64,000 nt of DNA from an uncultured Gammaproteobacteria bacterium. GTDB taxonomy: Bacteria > Patescibacteriota > Patescibacteriia > UBA1558 > UBA10009. Location of the stretch: contig CAZPMS010000001.1 in the NCBI GenBank assembly GCA_964588165.1, positions 91,303 through 155,302 of the forward strand, written 5' to 3'. The number at the start of each line of letters is the position of its first letter. Positions within the stretch are counted from its first letter, which is position 1. A program made the translations under genes and the position numbers. The notes beneath the pieces were generated by a model. It made no database searches. It had not been told where the DNA came from and saw only the letters and a program-made list of their open reading frames with translations. Below are positions 1 through 9,370 of the stretch, piece by piece.

Positions 1-1132
1 CAGTTGATGCTGTTTCAACATCGGCAGATGTAATCTGGAAATAACTAATATTGCCAGAAGTGCCGGTAGAAATATCAACGTTTAAGGTTAAAGTTTTGGT
101 GGTGCCGGCAGGGATGCTTAAGTCTAAACCGCTAAACTGAGCCATATGAGAGGTACTGTTTAAAGTCTTACCATTGGTAAGCCTGGTAGCACCATCATAT
201 AGGTAAAGAGCGGCAAAGTCGCCAGTTGCACCAACGCCCATTCTTTTAACGCTAATCTTATCAACTTCAACAGCTCCGTCTGCAGAAGCAGTTAAATTAA
301 ATTTCATAACTGGCACATTGGTAGCAGAAATAGGGGCAACGCTAGCACCCGGGGTATTAGCAGCTAAAGCTGCTGTTAAACCGGTTCCTACAGCTACGCC
401 ACTACCGCCTGTCATTGGGTTGGCAATTGCATCTTCCATTGCAGTAATGGAAGTGCTATCTGTATAACCGGTCAGGTCTTCTACGGTTAACACATAATCC
501 ATGTTAAATCTGTTTCCGGTCATGCCTTCATCAGTAACAGGACGTTTGGTTGTACCGTCTACATAATAGACCTGGGCAGCATCAGCAGTTTTAACCAAGG
601 TACCTGTTGGATAGGTAGAAGAACTGGTTAAAGCAGTGCTGGCTGCATAGTTTGCAGATAAGTAGTTAGGCAATGGGATAATCATAGTTTCCCATGCAGA
701 ACCATATAAGGATACGGCAGTAGCTGCTGCATCAATGGCGTGAGTTGAGCCATCAGTGCCAACAGCATAAACTTCTGGAGTGTTAGAAACATTCCAGGTG
801 CCATCGCCTAAAACTTCGACATACTGAACTAACCTTGAACCTGGTCTTACAACCACGGTAGAACCGAGGGTATAGCTGACCATTTCATCGGTTGGGACAG
901 TTTTTACACTGTCAAAATCTGAATACCATGTAAGGTATTCTCTCTCATGGTGGAATGGATGTTTTACTAAACTTGCATCCAAGTAATAAACTGCTGGAGA
1001 GGAGTCGGATTTAATAAGGTCACCGGCTGTAGCTACATTAGCTGAAGCTACGTTAACGGCGCCAACAACACCCCAAAGGGCAGTTAATACCACCATTGAG
1101 ATCAAGAATGACTTCTTTATGAAGTTACTCAT
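1..1132 (-). CDS. Secreted/cell-surface protein, partial (C-terminus beyond window). N-terminus MSNFIKKSFLISMVVLTALWGVVGAVNVASA is signal-peptide-like
   Basis: Long minus-strand frame from ATG at 1132..1130 running to the window edge. Hydrophobic N-terminus followed by a Thr/Ser/Ala/Gly/Val-rich repetitive sequence typical of surface proteins. AAGGAG precedes the ATG. Confidence 0.5.
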   Translation of the reverse strand, partial: MSNFIKKSFLISMVVLTALWGVVGAVNVASANVATAGDLIKSDSSPAVYYLDASLVKHPFHHEREYLTWYSDFDSVKTVPTDEMVSYTLGSTVVVRPGSRLVQYVEVLGDGTWNVSNTPEVYAVGTDGSTHAIDAAATAVSLYGSAWETMIIPLPNYLSANYAASTALTSSSTYPTGTLVKTADAAQVYYVDGTTKRPVTDEGMTGNRFNMDYVLTVEDLTGYTDSTSITAMEDAIANPMTGGSGVAVGTGLTAALAANTPGASVAPISATNVPVMKFNLTASADGAVEVDKISVKRMGVGATGDFAALYLYDGATRLTNGKTLNSTSHMAQFSGLDLSIPAGTTKTLTLNVDISTGTSGNISYFQITSADVETAST

Positions 1133-1610
1133 ATTTTTTTAATCTCCTTTGTTATCTCACTTACCGCCTAATCCGTTTTTAAGAGTTGTCTTTCTGACCC
1201 TAAATTGTACGAAGTACTAGTTTAGGGAAATAAATCACGTTTTTACTAAACTGGTTTTCTCTTTGAAACCCCGACCTTTAGCAAATAAAACCGTGGACAG
1301 CCAATTAAAAACTTGGAAAAGAGCAAAGAAAGTGAGTGTTAATCAATCATTTTCTGATTATTTAATTATCTTAATTATTGACTTATGCCCGGACCCCCTA
1401 AACCGTTTGAAAGTTTAGGGGCCGGCGAGCACAAGCCAATCAATCAGTAAATGATTGGTTTTTAACTTCTACTAAATATAATAATATCTAGTAAATTAAT
1501 TAATAAATATAACAAAACTGGCTTATTTAGATATCCTCTAAATAAAGCCAATAGTTATCAAATTATAAAATAACTAGCCTCTTTTGTCAAAGAATTATTG
1601 TGGATTAAAT

Positions 1611-2954
1611 TTATTCTTCTGTTTCTTCTATAATTGCCGGATTTTCTCCCAAATACAGATAATTTATACTACTGGTACCTATTTCCGGTGTTTGTGTTGC
1701 TGATTGAATAATTTCACCGCCTAAAGGTGCATAATTAACACTATCTATATTAAATTCAATTATTTCCGGTGTATTCTCATTTATTCCTTCACCAAATTCT
1801 ATAACTCCTTCCACAGAGCCTTCTTCGTCAAAAATATGGACGCCATCTTCAGAAACAGCCTCTATATCTATTTCTTGATCTGAAACATCTTCTATTTTAG
1901 CAATAGTTTCTTTTGATTCTTCGTTAATTTTATTAGTTTCCTGAATTTTTTCTAAAGCTTCGGAAAGCATGCCATCATTAATTAAAACTTTAACCTCTTC
2001 TACTTTAACCTGAGCTTCTTCTGAATTTTCCTTAACTTCCTGTATGGCCACAGTTTCTTCGGAATCTATATTTTCCACAGTTTCTTCTGGTAACAATGGC
2101 TCCTGTTCTTGGCTAGGAACCTCAATTTCTTCTTCAATTTCTTTTAAATTTTTATCAGTTCTTTCAATTTTGTTATTTAAAATTTCCTTTACCTCTTCTT
2201 CTGAAATAACTTCATATATTATTTCTTCACCCTCTTCCGGTAAAGCTGGTTTATTTTCTACTTCGTCTATTAAAATTTGAATTGAGCTTTCTTCAGCCTT
2301 TTCCATCTCCTCTACTGCTTCTTCAACAGCTTCTTTTACTTCTTTTGAAGCTTCTTTTACTTCATTTAAATCTTCTATATTATCTGAAATATTTTTAGTA
2401 AACTCTTTGGCTAACTCTACAGTTCCTTGATGATCTTTTTCGCTTTCTTTTACAATTTCTAAAGAATTATTGGCAGCGCTGATATTTTGCTCCAACGATT
2501 TAACTACAGTATTAATATTTTCTGTTTTTTCACCTGGTGCAAAATCCTCTTTTTTGGCTAATTTTACAGCTTCTTCTTTCCTTTTGGTAGCATGCTTTAA
2601 ATTAACCTTAGTTTCACTCTTAGCAGTTAAAGCCATAACCAATTCAATCTTTTCAAAAGTTCTTTTTACTGTATATAAAGGCCTTTTAGGAATATATTCG
2701 GCCTGGGCCACCATATTTGTTCCGCCAACCAAGCCAATTACAATAAAAAATGAAACTACCTTAACTGGTGAAGGCATAACCCTTTTTACCCAAACCATTG
2801 AATTTAGCCTAAAACTAAAAGCCCAGGATGGCTCATTGCCTAAGGTATCCTGTTTTACTCTATTAATTAAAAAATTTCGGGTATTGGCTGTCCATTCTGG
2901 AGATGGCCCGGTTTTTTGTAATTTATTAAATTGTTTACAAAGCCTTTCTGGCAT
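1611..2954 (-). CDS. Putative membrane-spanning anti-sigma factor with a very acidic, Glu-rich coiled-coil C-terminal domain
   Basis: Lies immediately downstream of, and is co-directional with, the ECF sigma gene. Single transmembrane segment (VVSFFIVIGLVGG) after a ~60-aa N-terminal domain, then a long low-complexity E/K-rich region. Confidence 0.5.
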   Translation of the reverse strand: MPERLCKQFNKLQKTGPSPEWTANTRNFLINRVKQDTLGNEPSWAFSFRLNSMVWVKRVMPSPVKVVSFFIVIGLVGGTNMVAQAEYIPKRPLYTVKRTFEKIELVMALTAKSETKVNLKHATKRKEEAVKLAKKEDFAPGEKTENINTVVKSLEQNISAANNSLEIVKESEKDHQGTVELAKEFTKNISDNIEDLNEVKEASKEVKEAVEEAVEEMEKAEESSIQILIDEVENKPALPEEGEEIIYEVISEEEVKEILNNKIERTDKNLKEIEEEIEVPSQEQEPLLPEETVENIDSEETVAIQEVKENSEEAQVKVEEVKVLINDGMLSEALEKIQETNKINEESKETIAKIEDVSDQEIDIEAVSEDGVHIFDEEGSVEGVIEFGEGINENTPEIIEFNIDSVNYAPLGGEIIQSATQTPEIGTSSINYLYLGENPAIIEETEE

Positions 2955-3023
2955 ATTTTTTAGGAAGTTAGGAGGTGAGAAGGTTAGGAAGTTAGTAAAC
3001 TAGCATTCTGACATACTGGTTTT

Positions 3024-3605
3024 TTAATTTATATAATTATTAAGTTCTTTTAACGCTCGGTGGATAATTACCCTAACGTTGGCTGATGATTTATCCACAA
3101 TTTTAGCAATTTCTTTGATACTCATTTCCTCAATAAATCTTAGGATTATTATTTCTCTTACATCAAATTTTAGCTCAAGAAGAATTTTCTGAAGATAATC
3201 AATATCTAAATTTTTATCAGGATTAATTTTTAGTTCACTCTCTATATTTTCTTCCGGATAAATAAGGGGCAATTCTTCTTTTTCACGCGTGCGATAATAA
3301 TCAATTATCAAATTCCTGGCCACTTTATAAATCCATGCTTGGAAGCTGCTAATTTTAACACCTGTTGATACCTGCTCCCAGGCCTTTAAAAAGCATTGGC
3401 TGGTAAAGTCTTCGGCCAGCTCTTTAGTGGCCACTTTATAATAGATAAACCTGTAAATTTTCTTAGAATATTTATCAAAAAGTAAGCCAAAAGCTTCAGC
3501 ATCGCCTTGGCGTGATTTTGAGACTAAAATCTTATCATTATTTTCAATAGAACTCTTCATTAAATAAGACGTAAAAATGATTAAAATGTTACAAATACTA
3601 CGCAA
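3024..3605 (-). CDS. ECF-type RNA polymerase sigma-70 family factor
   Basis: Region 2-like segment (DAEAFGLLFDKYSKKIYRFIYYKV...) and region 4 HTH (LRFIEEMSIKEIAKIVDKSSANVRVIIHRALKEL). Confidence 0.8.
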   Translation of the reverse strand: MRSICNILIIFTSYLMKSSIENNDKILVSKSRQGDAEAFGLLFDKYSKKIYRFIYYKVATKELAEDFTSQCFLKAWEQVSTGVKISSFQAWIYKVARNLIIDYYRTREKEELPLIYPEENIESELKINPDKNLDIDYLQKILLELKFDVREIIILRFIEEMSIKEIAKIVDKSSANVRVIIHRALKELNNYIN

Positions 3606-3791
3606 TAAAATTAAATTTCTTTCAAGATTTTAAAGATTTTCTGGGTAACTCTAAAAGAAATGCCGTTTTAAAGCATTTATAGATACTTCATTATTATATT
3701 TTAAGTAAAAATAAATGTCTATATCAGCTTTGCACATGTAAATTTTAACAAAAATTTGACTAAATTTACTATTCTTAGGTATACTTAGTTC

Positions 3792-3858
3792 TAGAATATT
3801 CTATACTTAATTATATATATCATTATGATTAGCCTAATTTAAAGTGTAGAATATTCTA
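3792..3858. promoter_or_regulatory. Two copies of the perfect 12-bp palindrome TAGAATATTCTA (3792-3803 and 3847-3858) in the divergent promoter region between the sigma gene and the HTH gene
   Basis: Exact repeats of a palindrome ~55 bp apart, directly read from the sequence. Candidate operator pair. Confidence 0.5.
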
Positions 3859-3884
3859 AAGATTAATGGTAAGCTAACATATAT

Positions 3885-4199
3885 ATGGAAAATATCAAAA
3901 AAACATATCCTATTAGGGTTTCTGTCTCTGAATCTGCTAGATTATTTGGAGTTTCTACTAAAACCATAAGGCAGGCCTTAAAGGCTAATGAAATCCGATA
4001 TATTGTTAGCAGGGGAAGGTATAGAATCAATTTTGAAAGCCTACTTAAATGGTCCCAGGAATCCACCAGAAGGCGAAATTTACTAGGCTCTACTGGGATT
4101 GGCCAGTTTGTGGAAAAATGGCATATCCACAATAAAAAATACAGTCCCACAGAAGAGCTGGCTAAAAGAGTAAAAGGAGAGGCTAAAGAATCTGATTAA
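3885..4199 (+). CDS. Excisionase-family / MerR-like helix-turn-helix DNA-binding protein
   Basis: IRVSVSESARLFGVSTKTIRQALKANEIRYIVSRGRYRINFESLLKW matches the HTH_17 excisionase-type DNA-binding pattern. Confidence 0.6.
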   Translation: MENIKKTYPIRVSVSESARLFGVSTKTIRQALKANEIRYIVSRGRYRINFESLLKWSQESTRRRNLLGSTGIGQFVEKWHIHNKKYSPTEELAKRVKGEAKESD

Positions 4200-5422
4200 T
4201 CCAGCTCAACTTTTCTAAAACCAATTCTATCTTTAGCTAAATTTTTAGTTTTCCACATAATGCCTTTATAGATTATTTGGTTGCCATAATGGTTATTTAT
4301 GGTGTCTAAAGCTTGCGTAAGTTGCGGGCTTTCTTTACTGGCAAATAACTCTAATTGATTAGATGGGTGGCTTAAGTTAAACACACCCACAGCCAGCATT
4401 CTTATTTTATCTTCTAACCTTGACTTATTTAAAATATTTGAGGCTAACTTATAAATACCGTCTGTTGAATAAACAGATTTTTTTAATTTGAATCTTTTTC
4501 CAAAACCGCCGCCGGATAGGTAAGTCCAGTTAACATATAAACCATAAGCAACCTGGCCACGCTGCCTTAAACGCCGGCCAACTTTATGAGTAAGTTTAGC
4601 TAAAATAGATAGTAGATATTTTTTATCTGTGGTTTGCCTAGGGATACAATATGAATGGCCGATTGATTTAGATAAAAGTTCTGTTGGACCTTTTAAGTTA
4701 TCAATTTCTAAACCATTAACTCTGGCCCATAAAAAATAACCGTATTTGCCTAAAGCCAAAATCAAATTTTCTAATGGATAGTTTTTTAAATCTAAAATTG
4801 ACCGGATGCCAAGATAATTTAAACGCTTAGCTATTCTGATATTTATGCCCCAAATATCAGTTAGCCGATGTTGCTTAAATATGCCGTCTAGTTGATCTTT
4901 TTTCTCAATAACCATTAAACTATCCGGTTTAGCTATATCAGAGGCAAATTTAGCTAAAAATTTCGTAAAAGAAAGGCCTATGGAACACTTTAACCATTCA
5001 CCAATTTCGGTTTTTATTCTGGATTGAATATCATAAGCTATGTCCGAAGCATGTTTGAAACTCTTAGCATAGCCAGTTAAGTCTAAAAAGCCTTCATCTA
5101 TGCTGTAAGGTTCAAAATCACTGCTGTATGACCTTAAAATACCAAAAAACTTCTTAGTAACGGCTCGGTATTTATCAGGATCGTTTTCTATTAAAATAAC
5201 TTTTGAATAAAGCTTTTTAGCATCGGCTACTTTACAGCCAGTTTTTATGCCAACTTTTTTAGCTTCTATAGAGGAGGCAATAATGGTGCCATTATTAGAT
5301 AAATAAGCGCAAACCCCGACCGGCTTATGCCTAAAAAAAGGATTGGCTTGCTGCTCAACCGAAGCAAAATAAGAATTCATATCTAAATGAAGAATAATCC
5401 GTTTTGATTGACAATTGGCCAT
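4196..5422 (-). CDS. dinB: Y-family DNA polymerase IV
   Basis: N-terminal HLDMNSYFASVEQ motif (DMDxFFAxVE of DinB/UmuC) and Y-family length (408 aa). Located in an SOS neighbourhood with lexA. Confidence 0.85.
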   Translation of the reverse strand: MANCQSKRIILHLDMNSYFASVEQQANPFFRHKPVGVCAYLSNNGTIIASSIEAKKVGIKTGCKVADAKKLYSKVILIENDPDKYRAVTKKFFGILRSYSSDFEPYSIDEGFLDLTGYAKSFKHASDIAYDIQSRIKTEIGEWLKCSIGLSFTKFLAKFASDIAKPDSLMVIEKKDQLDGIFKQHRLTDIWGINIRIAKRLNYLGIRSILDLKNYPLENLILALGKYGYFLWARVNGLEIDNLKGPTELLSKSIGHSYCIPRQTTDKKYLLSILAKLTHKVGRRLRQRGQVAYGLYVNWTYLSGGGFGKRFKLKKSVYSTDGIYKLASNILNKSRLEDKIRMLAVGVFNLSHPSNQLELFASKESPQLTQALDTINNHYGNQIIYKGIMWKTKNLAKDRIGFRKVELD

Positions 5423-5513
5423 ATTTTAGTTAATTTTAAGCTACAGCGGTTATTTTTAATAGCTAATTATAGTTATAGAAATTTTATTCTTAATTAAAAT
5501 ATTTTAAAAAACT

Positions 5514-5885
5514 ATGTTTAAAAAAATATTAATAACTATTCTTATAATTATCGGGATTGGCTTTATTTTAATTATCTACAATCCGTTAAAGCCAAATAAT
5601 CTGTGTTCTAATCTAGATGAAGAAGCCTGCTTTAATAATGAACAATGCCGTGGAGTTTATGGACCAAGTTCATGCAATTGGATCGGACACTGCACTACTG
5701 ATGAAGCTTATAAAGGTTGTGAGTTGTTATCTATTAAAAACCAGGAAAAGGTTAAGCAAGATAAAATACTTTGTCAAAACACCGGCGGTAAATGGAAAAA
5801 TACAAAATTGTCACAATCCGACGAATGCGATTGTCAACAATATTATTTTAAAGAAAACGAAGGTTGTGTGTCTAATCAAAAATAG
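5514..5885 (+). CDS. Membrane-anchored cysteine-rich small protein (12 Cys in extracellular part)
   Basis: N-terminal transmembrane helix, then a Cys-rich segment. No recognisable family. Confidence 0.4.
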   Translation: MFKKILITILIIIGIGFILIIYNPLKPNNLCSNLDEEACFNNEQCRGVYGPSSCNWIGHCTTDEAYKGCELLSIKNQEKVKQDKILCQNTGGKWKNTKLSQSDECDCQQYYFKENEGCVSNQK

Positions 5886-5947
5886 GTTTACAATAATTAT
5901 ATAATTATTAAAACAAACTCTGATAGTTTTCTATTCAGGGTTTTTAT

Positions 5948-6193
5948 TTACCCGTTATACAAACTGGCTAAAATCCAGGTTAAAGTAAATGGATTAAAAA
6001 TGAGTTGGAAGTAGTTGGCTTTATCAGTTATGGAAAAATGATATAAAAGTTCTTTGCCTGTTCTGGAAGTATGGACCAAATGAACCTTTTCTACCTTATA
6101 CATTTTACGACGCCAAACAAAAAACTTAGGAATTATTTCATTTTGTTTAAAGCTGGCCACAACTTCGATTGGTTCATTAATTTGATCATACAT
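5948..6193 (-). CDS. Hypothetical 81-aa protein encoded immediately downstream of lexA (same strand)
   Basis: ORF track. Tightly linked to lexA with a 3-nt gap. No family recognised. Confidence 0.4.
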   Translation of the reverse strand: MYDQINEPIEVVASFKQNEIIPKFFVWRRKMYKVEKVHLVHTSRTGKELLYHFSITDKANYFQLIFNPFTLTWILASLYNG

Positions 6194-6196
6194 AAT

Positions 6197-6814
6197 TTAA
6201 ACAACAGCAAATTTTCTAATAACGGCCCTCACTACTCCCTGGATCAAAGGATCTTTAGTATAGATAGGTTTCATATTGCTATTGGCCGGTTGTAGGCGGA
6301 TCCGGTTTTTTTCCCGATAAAACTTTTTTAAAGTAGCATAAGCATTATCTAAAAGAGCCACTACCACTTCTCCATTTTTAGGACTATGATTTCTTTCTAC
6401 AATTACATAGTCGCCGTTCCAAATGCCCTCATCAATCATAGATTGGCCCTTAACTCTTAAAACATAGCTATTTTCTATATCGGCCACAAAATCAGCTGGG
6501 ATAGCCATGGTTTCTTTATCTTCTAAGGCCTCAATGGGCTCACCAGCTGTAATTAAGCCTACCAAAGGCAAATCTACAGCAATAGAATCACGGTAGCTGG
6601 ATAATAAAACCGGCTCTAAAGACCGTTTTTGGTTTTCTTGGGCCTTAAGATAGCCTTTTTCTTCTAAAGCCTTTACGTGCTGATGAATAGTGGCCGGAGA
6701 AGAAATACCAAAATGGTCGGCAATTTCCATATAACTTGGCGAATAATCGTTATCTTTAAGATAATAAGTTATGAAATCTAAAATTTCTTTTTGACGTTTA
6801 GTTAGTTTGTCCAT
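6197..6814 (-). CDS. lexA: LexA repressor (S24 peptidase family); start taken at MDKLTKRQKEIL
   Basis: N-terminal winged HTH (MDKLTKRQKEILDFITYYLKDNDYSPSYMEIADHFGISSPATIHQHVKALEEKGYL). C-terminal S24 autoprotease domain with VKGQSM (Ser) and a downstream Lys (ATLKK). The ORF-track start at 6868 adds a non-conserved hydrophobic extension. Confidence 0.85.
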   Translation of the reverse strand: MDKLTKRQKEILDFITYYLKDNDYSPSYMEIADHFGISSPATIHQHVKALEEKGYLKAQENQKRSLEPVLLSSYRDSIAVDLPLVGLITAGEPIEALEDKETMAIPADFVADIENSYVLRVKGQSMIDEGIWNGDYVIVERNHSPKNGEVVVALLDNAYATLKKFYREKNRIRLQPANSNMKPIYTKDPLIQGVVRAVIRKFAVV

Positions 6815-6978
6815 AATATTGATTATTAATAAATGATGCTCCATGACCCATAACAAATTATTGATCATAGTGTATAGATTATGAATTATTATTAAGTTTT
6901 CCCCAGCCTCCCTTTATTCCCTATACTAACCTTAGCTCTTTTTATAAAAATTAAAATTAGTGCGGGGTTTATATATAC

Positions 6979-7006
6979 ATTATACCGAAAATAAACCGAA
7001 AGTCAA
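6979..7006 (-). promoter_or_regulatory. Candidate lexA promoter (minus strand: TTGACT, 16-nt spacer, TATAAT). A 10-bp inverted repeat CAAACTCGCC/GGCGAGTTTG (7004-7013 / 7044-7053) overlaps the -35
   Basis: Near-consensus sigma-70 hexamers read on the minus strand. The inverted repeat is read directly from the sequence. Confidence 0.45.
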
Positions 7007-7183
7007 ACTCGCCTACAAATGCTTAAAAAATAAACAGCTAAAAGGCGAGTTTGTCCTGAGCGAACCCGCCGATTCGGCGGGGAGTCGAAGGACCCCTTCA
7101 CAAAATAAATAGAATATAAAGTTGATTTGACCCCAAGTGAATCCCGACGTAAGGAGGGGTGAGTCGAGGGGTCTCTTTCCTCA

Positions 7184-7216
7184 AATAAAAAAATCCGTCT
7201 ATTTAAAACGGATCCC
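7184..7216 (-). terminator. Rho-independent terminator for the HtrA-like gene
   Basis: Hairpin ATCCGT-ctatttaaa-ACGGAT, followed on the minus strand by a T7 run. Confidence 0.6.
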
Positions 7217-7248
7217 TAGTTACTAGTTACCAGCCCCCTGTCCCTAAC

Positions 7249-8541
7249 CTACATCTCACCCAAAACCACTTTTATTTCCATCTCCTCCCCTGCCCTGACA
7301 ATCATTAAGCTTACTTCTTGGCCCGGAGTGTAATCTTGAATTAATTTAGTTAAAGAATTTTTTTCGTCTATATCTTCACCATTTACTTTAATAACTATAT
7401 CCCCTGCTTTTAAACCGGCTTCTGCTGCAACACTTTCTGTTTCTACAGCTAAAATATTTTTAGCAGCATTGCCCAGTAAAACAGCTCCATTTATCCTGCC
7501 TTCAGTTACTTCAGTAGATAAGCCAATACTTTCTGATAGATCAATATAATAAACTCCCAGGTCGCTCCGGATAATTTCCTGGCTGTTAACTAAAAAATTG
7601 TTGGTGGCTGATTTTAAGTAGTATGCCGGAATGGCCAGATCTATTAAATCTCGGCCGGAATTAAACAGCACGCCTACTACTTCGTTTTTATCGTTAATTA
7701 AAGCGGCACCGTTGTATACATCTTCAAACTGGTTAGCCACTTTTAAGTAATGGTCTATGGCTTCCGTGGAAAGCAAAAAATCTTCTCCCTTGGATTGATC
7801 GTGGTAAGAAAACTTTTGTAAAGAAGTTTTAATAATATCGGAACCGTGATTTTGAATGCTATAACGGGTGGAAAGCAAAACGTTGGTGGCTGATAAATTA
7901 TTTACTTCAGCGAATCTGGCCGGTGCCAGGCCCTCTTTGGCTATTTTAATTAAAACCGTACCGCTAAATTCATCGATTACTTCTTTGGTTGGCACGAAAG
8001 TTTCTTTATTATTGGTAACTATCACATAATCCTCATCTGTTATAACCGATTGGTGGGTTAAAAGCCAGCCGTCGCTGGTTACCACTATGCCTGATCCTAA
8101 AAAATCTTTTTCTAAATATATTGAATCTAAAATGCCTCCGGCTTTTTTACTTTTGTAAAAACCTACCAACTGGCTCCTGATTTCAGTTAAAACCTTACCA
8201 TAAGCATCATCTTCTTCTTTAAGCAAAAAATTTAAATCCAAAATCTGATCCTCATCACCTTTATCTTTATCAACATCCAGAGCGGTGCCCCTATAATAAC
8301 TATCATATAAATTATCCTGTACAAGGCCTGCTACAAAACCGCCCAATAAAGAAATTATTACAAGTAAAATTAAAACTTTTAAGTTAATTTCTGATTTGGT
8401 TATAATTTTAGGCGGCTTAATTTCTTGATGATAAATTTCTTCCAGAGTTTGTTCCTTGCTTAGTTTGGATGTTTTAGGCTTTTTAACCGGTGTAGGATTA
8501 TTAGAAACGCCGCCAGATTTTATATCTTTTACCTTAACCAT
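7249..8541 (-). CDS. HtrA/DegP-like trypsin-fold protease homolog with a C-terminal PDZ domain and an N-terminal membrane anchor. The catalytic Ser motif appears substituted
   Basis: His region GSGIVVTSDGWLLTHQ. At the GNSGG position the sequence reads YNGAALIND. PDZ-like C-terminus (GLKAGDIVIKVNGEDI). Confidence 0.55.
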   Translation of the reverse strand: MVKVKDIKSGGVSNNPTPVKKPKTSKLSKEQTLEEIYHQEIKPPKIITKSEINLKVLILLVIISLLGGFVAGLVQDNLYDSYYRGTALDVDKDKGDEDQILDLNFLLKEEDDAYGKVLTEIRSQLVGFYKSKKAGGILDSIYLEKDFLGSGIVVTSDGWLLTHQSVITDEDYVIVTNNKETFVPTKEVIDEFSGTVLIKIAKEGLAPARFAEVNNLSATNVLLSTRYSIQNHGSDIIKTSLQKFSYHDQSKGEDFLLSTEAIDHYLKVANQFEDVYNGAALINDKNEVVGVLFNSGRDLIDLAIPAYYLKSATNNFLVNSQEIIRSDLGVYYIDLSESIGLSTEVTEGRINGAVLLGNAAKNILAVETESVAAEAGLKAGDIVIKVNGEDIDEKNSLTKLIQDYTPGQEVSLMIVRAGEEMEIKVVLGEM

Positions 8542-8587
8542 AGATGAATATTTAATTGGCTTAAATTATACACTATTTTAGCTGTTT

Positions 8588-9361
8588 TTAAAACCATCTG
8601 GCAGTTAATAAAATGATTATTAAAAGCAAAGAAGTAATAATTAAATAATTTCTGAAAACTTTTTTTGTTAAATTTTTCTGATATTCGTTATCTCGTAAAA
8701 TAGAAAAAATTAGATAAATTAAACTGAATAAAATACCTTTTAAATAATAAACAAAAGAAAGGCTTATAACTGCCCAAAAAATCTCTGAAGCAATTAAAGC
8801 AATTAATAAGTGGAAATAAAAACTTTTTTTTACTTGATCATAGGTGCTGAAAAATTCATTCATCCTTGAAAGCAGCAAAACTATCGCAAAAACTGTGGCT
8901 ATTAACAAAAATTTGGAGTAATTTAAAAAATCAATAAAGCCAAATAGGCTAGTGCTGATAAAAAACAAAATTATTATTTCAAAAAATTTGTAATTTAATA
9001 TTTCCTGGCCTTTTTCTAATATAGACGTTTTAAAAAACCTTCCGAATAAAATTTCAAAATAAAATAATAAAACCAAAAATAATAAAACCACTATTCCCAG
9101 CTTAAACCAAAGGTTTTCCAGTAAAATTAAAACCATCAATAACCCTGTATTCACCAAAATTCCTATTATAATATAAAAAAACATCTCTCTTGGATGTTTA
9201 ACTTTTTTGCTTACCTTAATAAACAGCCAAATACTAGCAGAAATCAGTAAGCAGCTTCCGCCCAAAATATAATAAAAACTGCTCTCGTGCCAAAACAAAA
9301 TGGAAACCAAAGCAGTTACTAAAATAGGGCTAATAATTGAAAGAATTCTGGCCAAAAGCAT
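8588..9361 (-). CDS. Polytopic integral membrane protein, function unknown
   Basis: Multiple hydrophobic helices across the ORF. Confidence 0.4.
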   Translation of the reverse strand: MLLARILSIISPILVTALVSILFWHESSFYYILGGSCLLISASIWLFIKVSKKVKHPREMFFYIIIGILVNTGLLMVLILLENLWFKLGIVVLLFLVLLFYFEILFGRFFKTSILEKGQEILNYKFFEIIILFFISTSLFGFIDFLNYSKFLLIATVFAIVLLLSRMNEFFSTYDQVKKSFYFHLLIALIASEIFWAVISLSFVYYLKGILFSLIYLIFSILRDNEYQKNLTKKVFRNYLIITSLLLIIILLTARWF

Positions 9362-9370
9362 ATCTTATTC

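Noticed and set aside
5423-6900. Canonical LexA boxes (Cheo box GAAC-N4-GTTC or CTGT-N8-ACAG) upstream of lexA and dinB
   Set aside because: No convincing match found by eye. Only a different 10-bp inverted repeat overlapping the lexA -35 was seen, so no LexA-box feature is claimed.
6869-7250. Structured GC-rich patches (CCCGCCGATTCGGCGGG hairpin, GACCCC...GGGGTC) between lexA and the HtrA-like gene as a known ncRNA (SRP, RNase P, 6S, tmRNA)
   Set aside because: None of the conserved motifs of those RNA families is present. The region is explained by a terminator plus the lexA promoter/operator, and the residual hairpins are of unknown significance.
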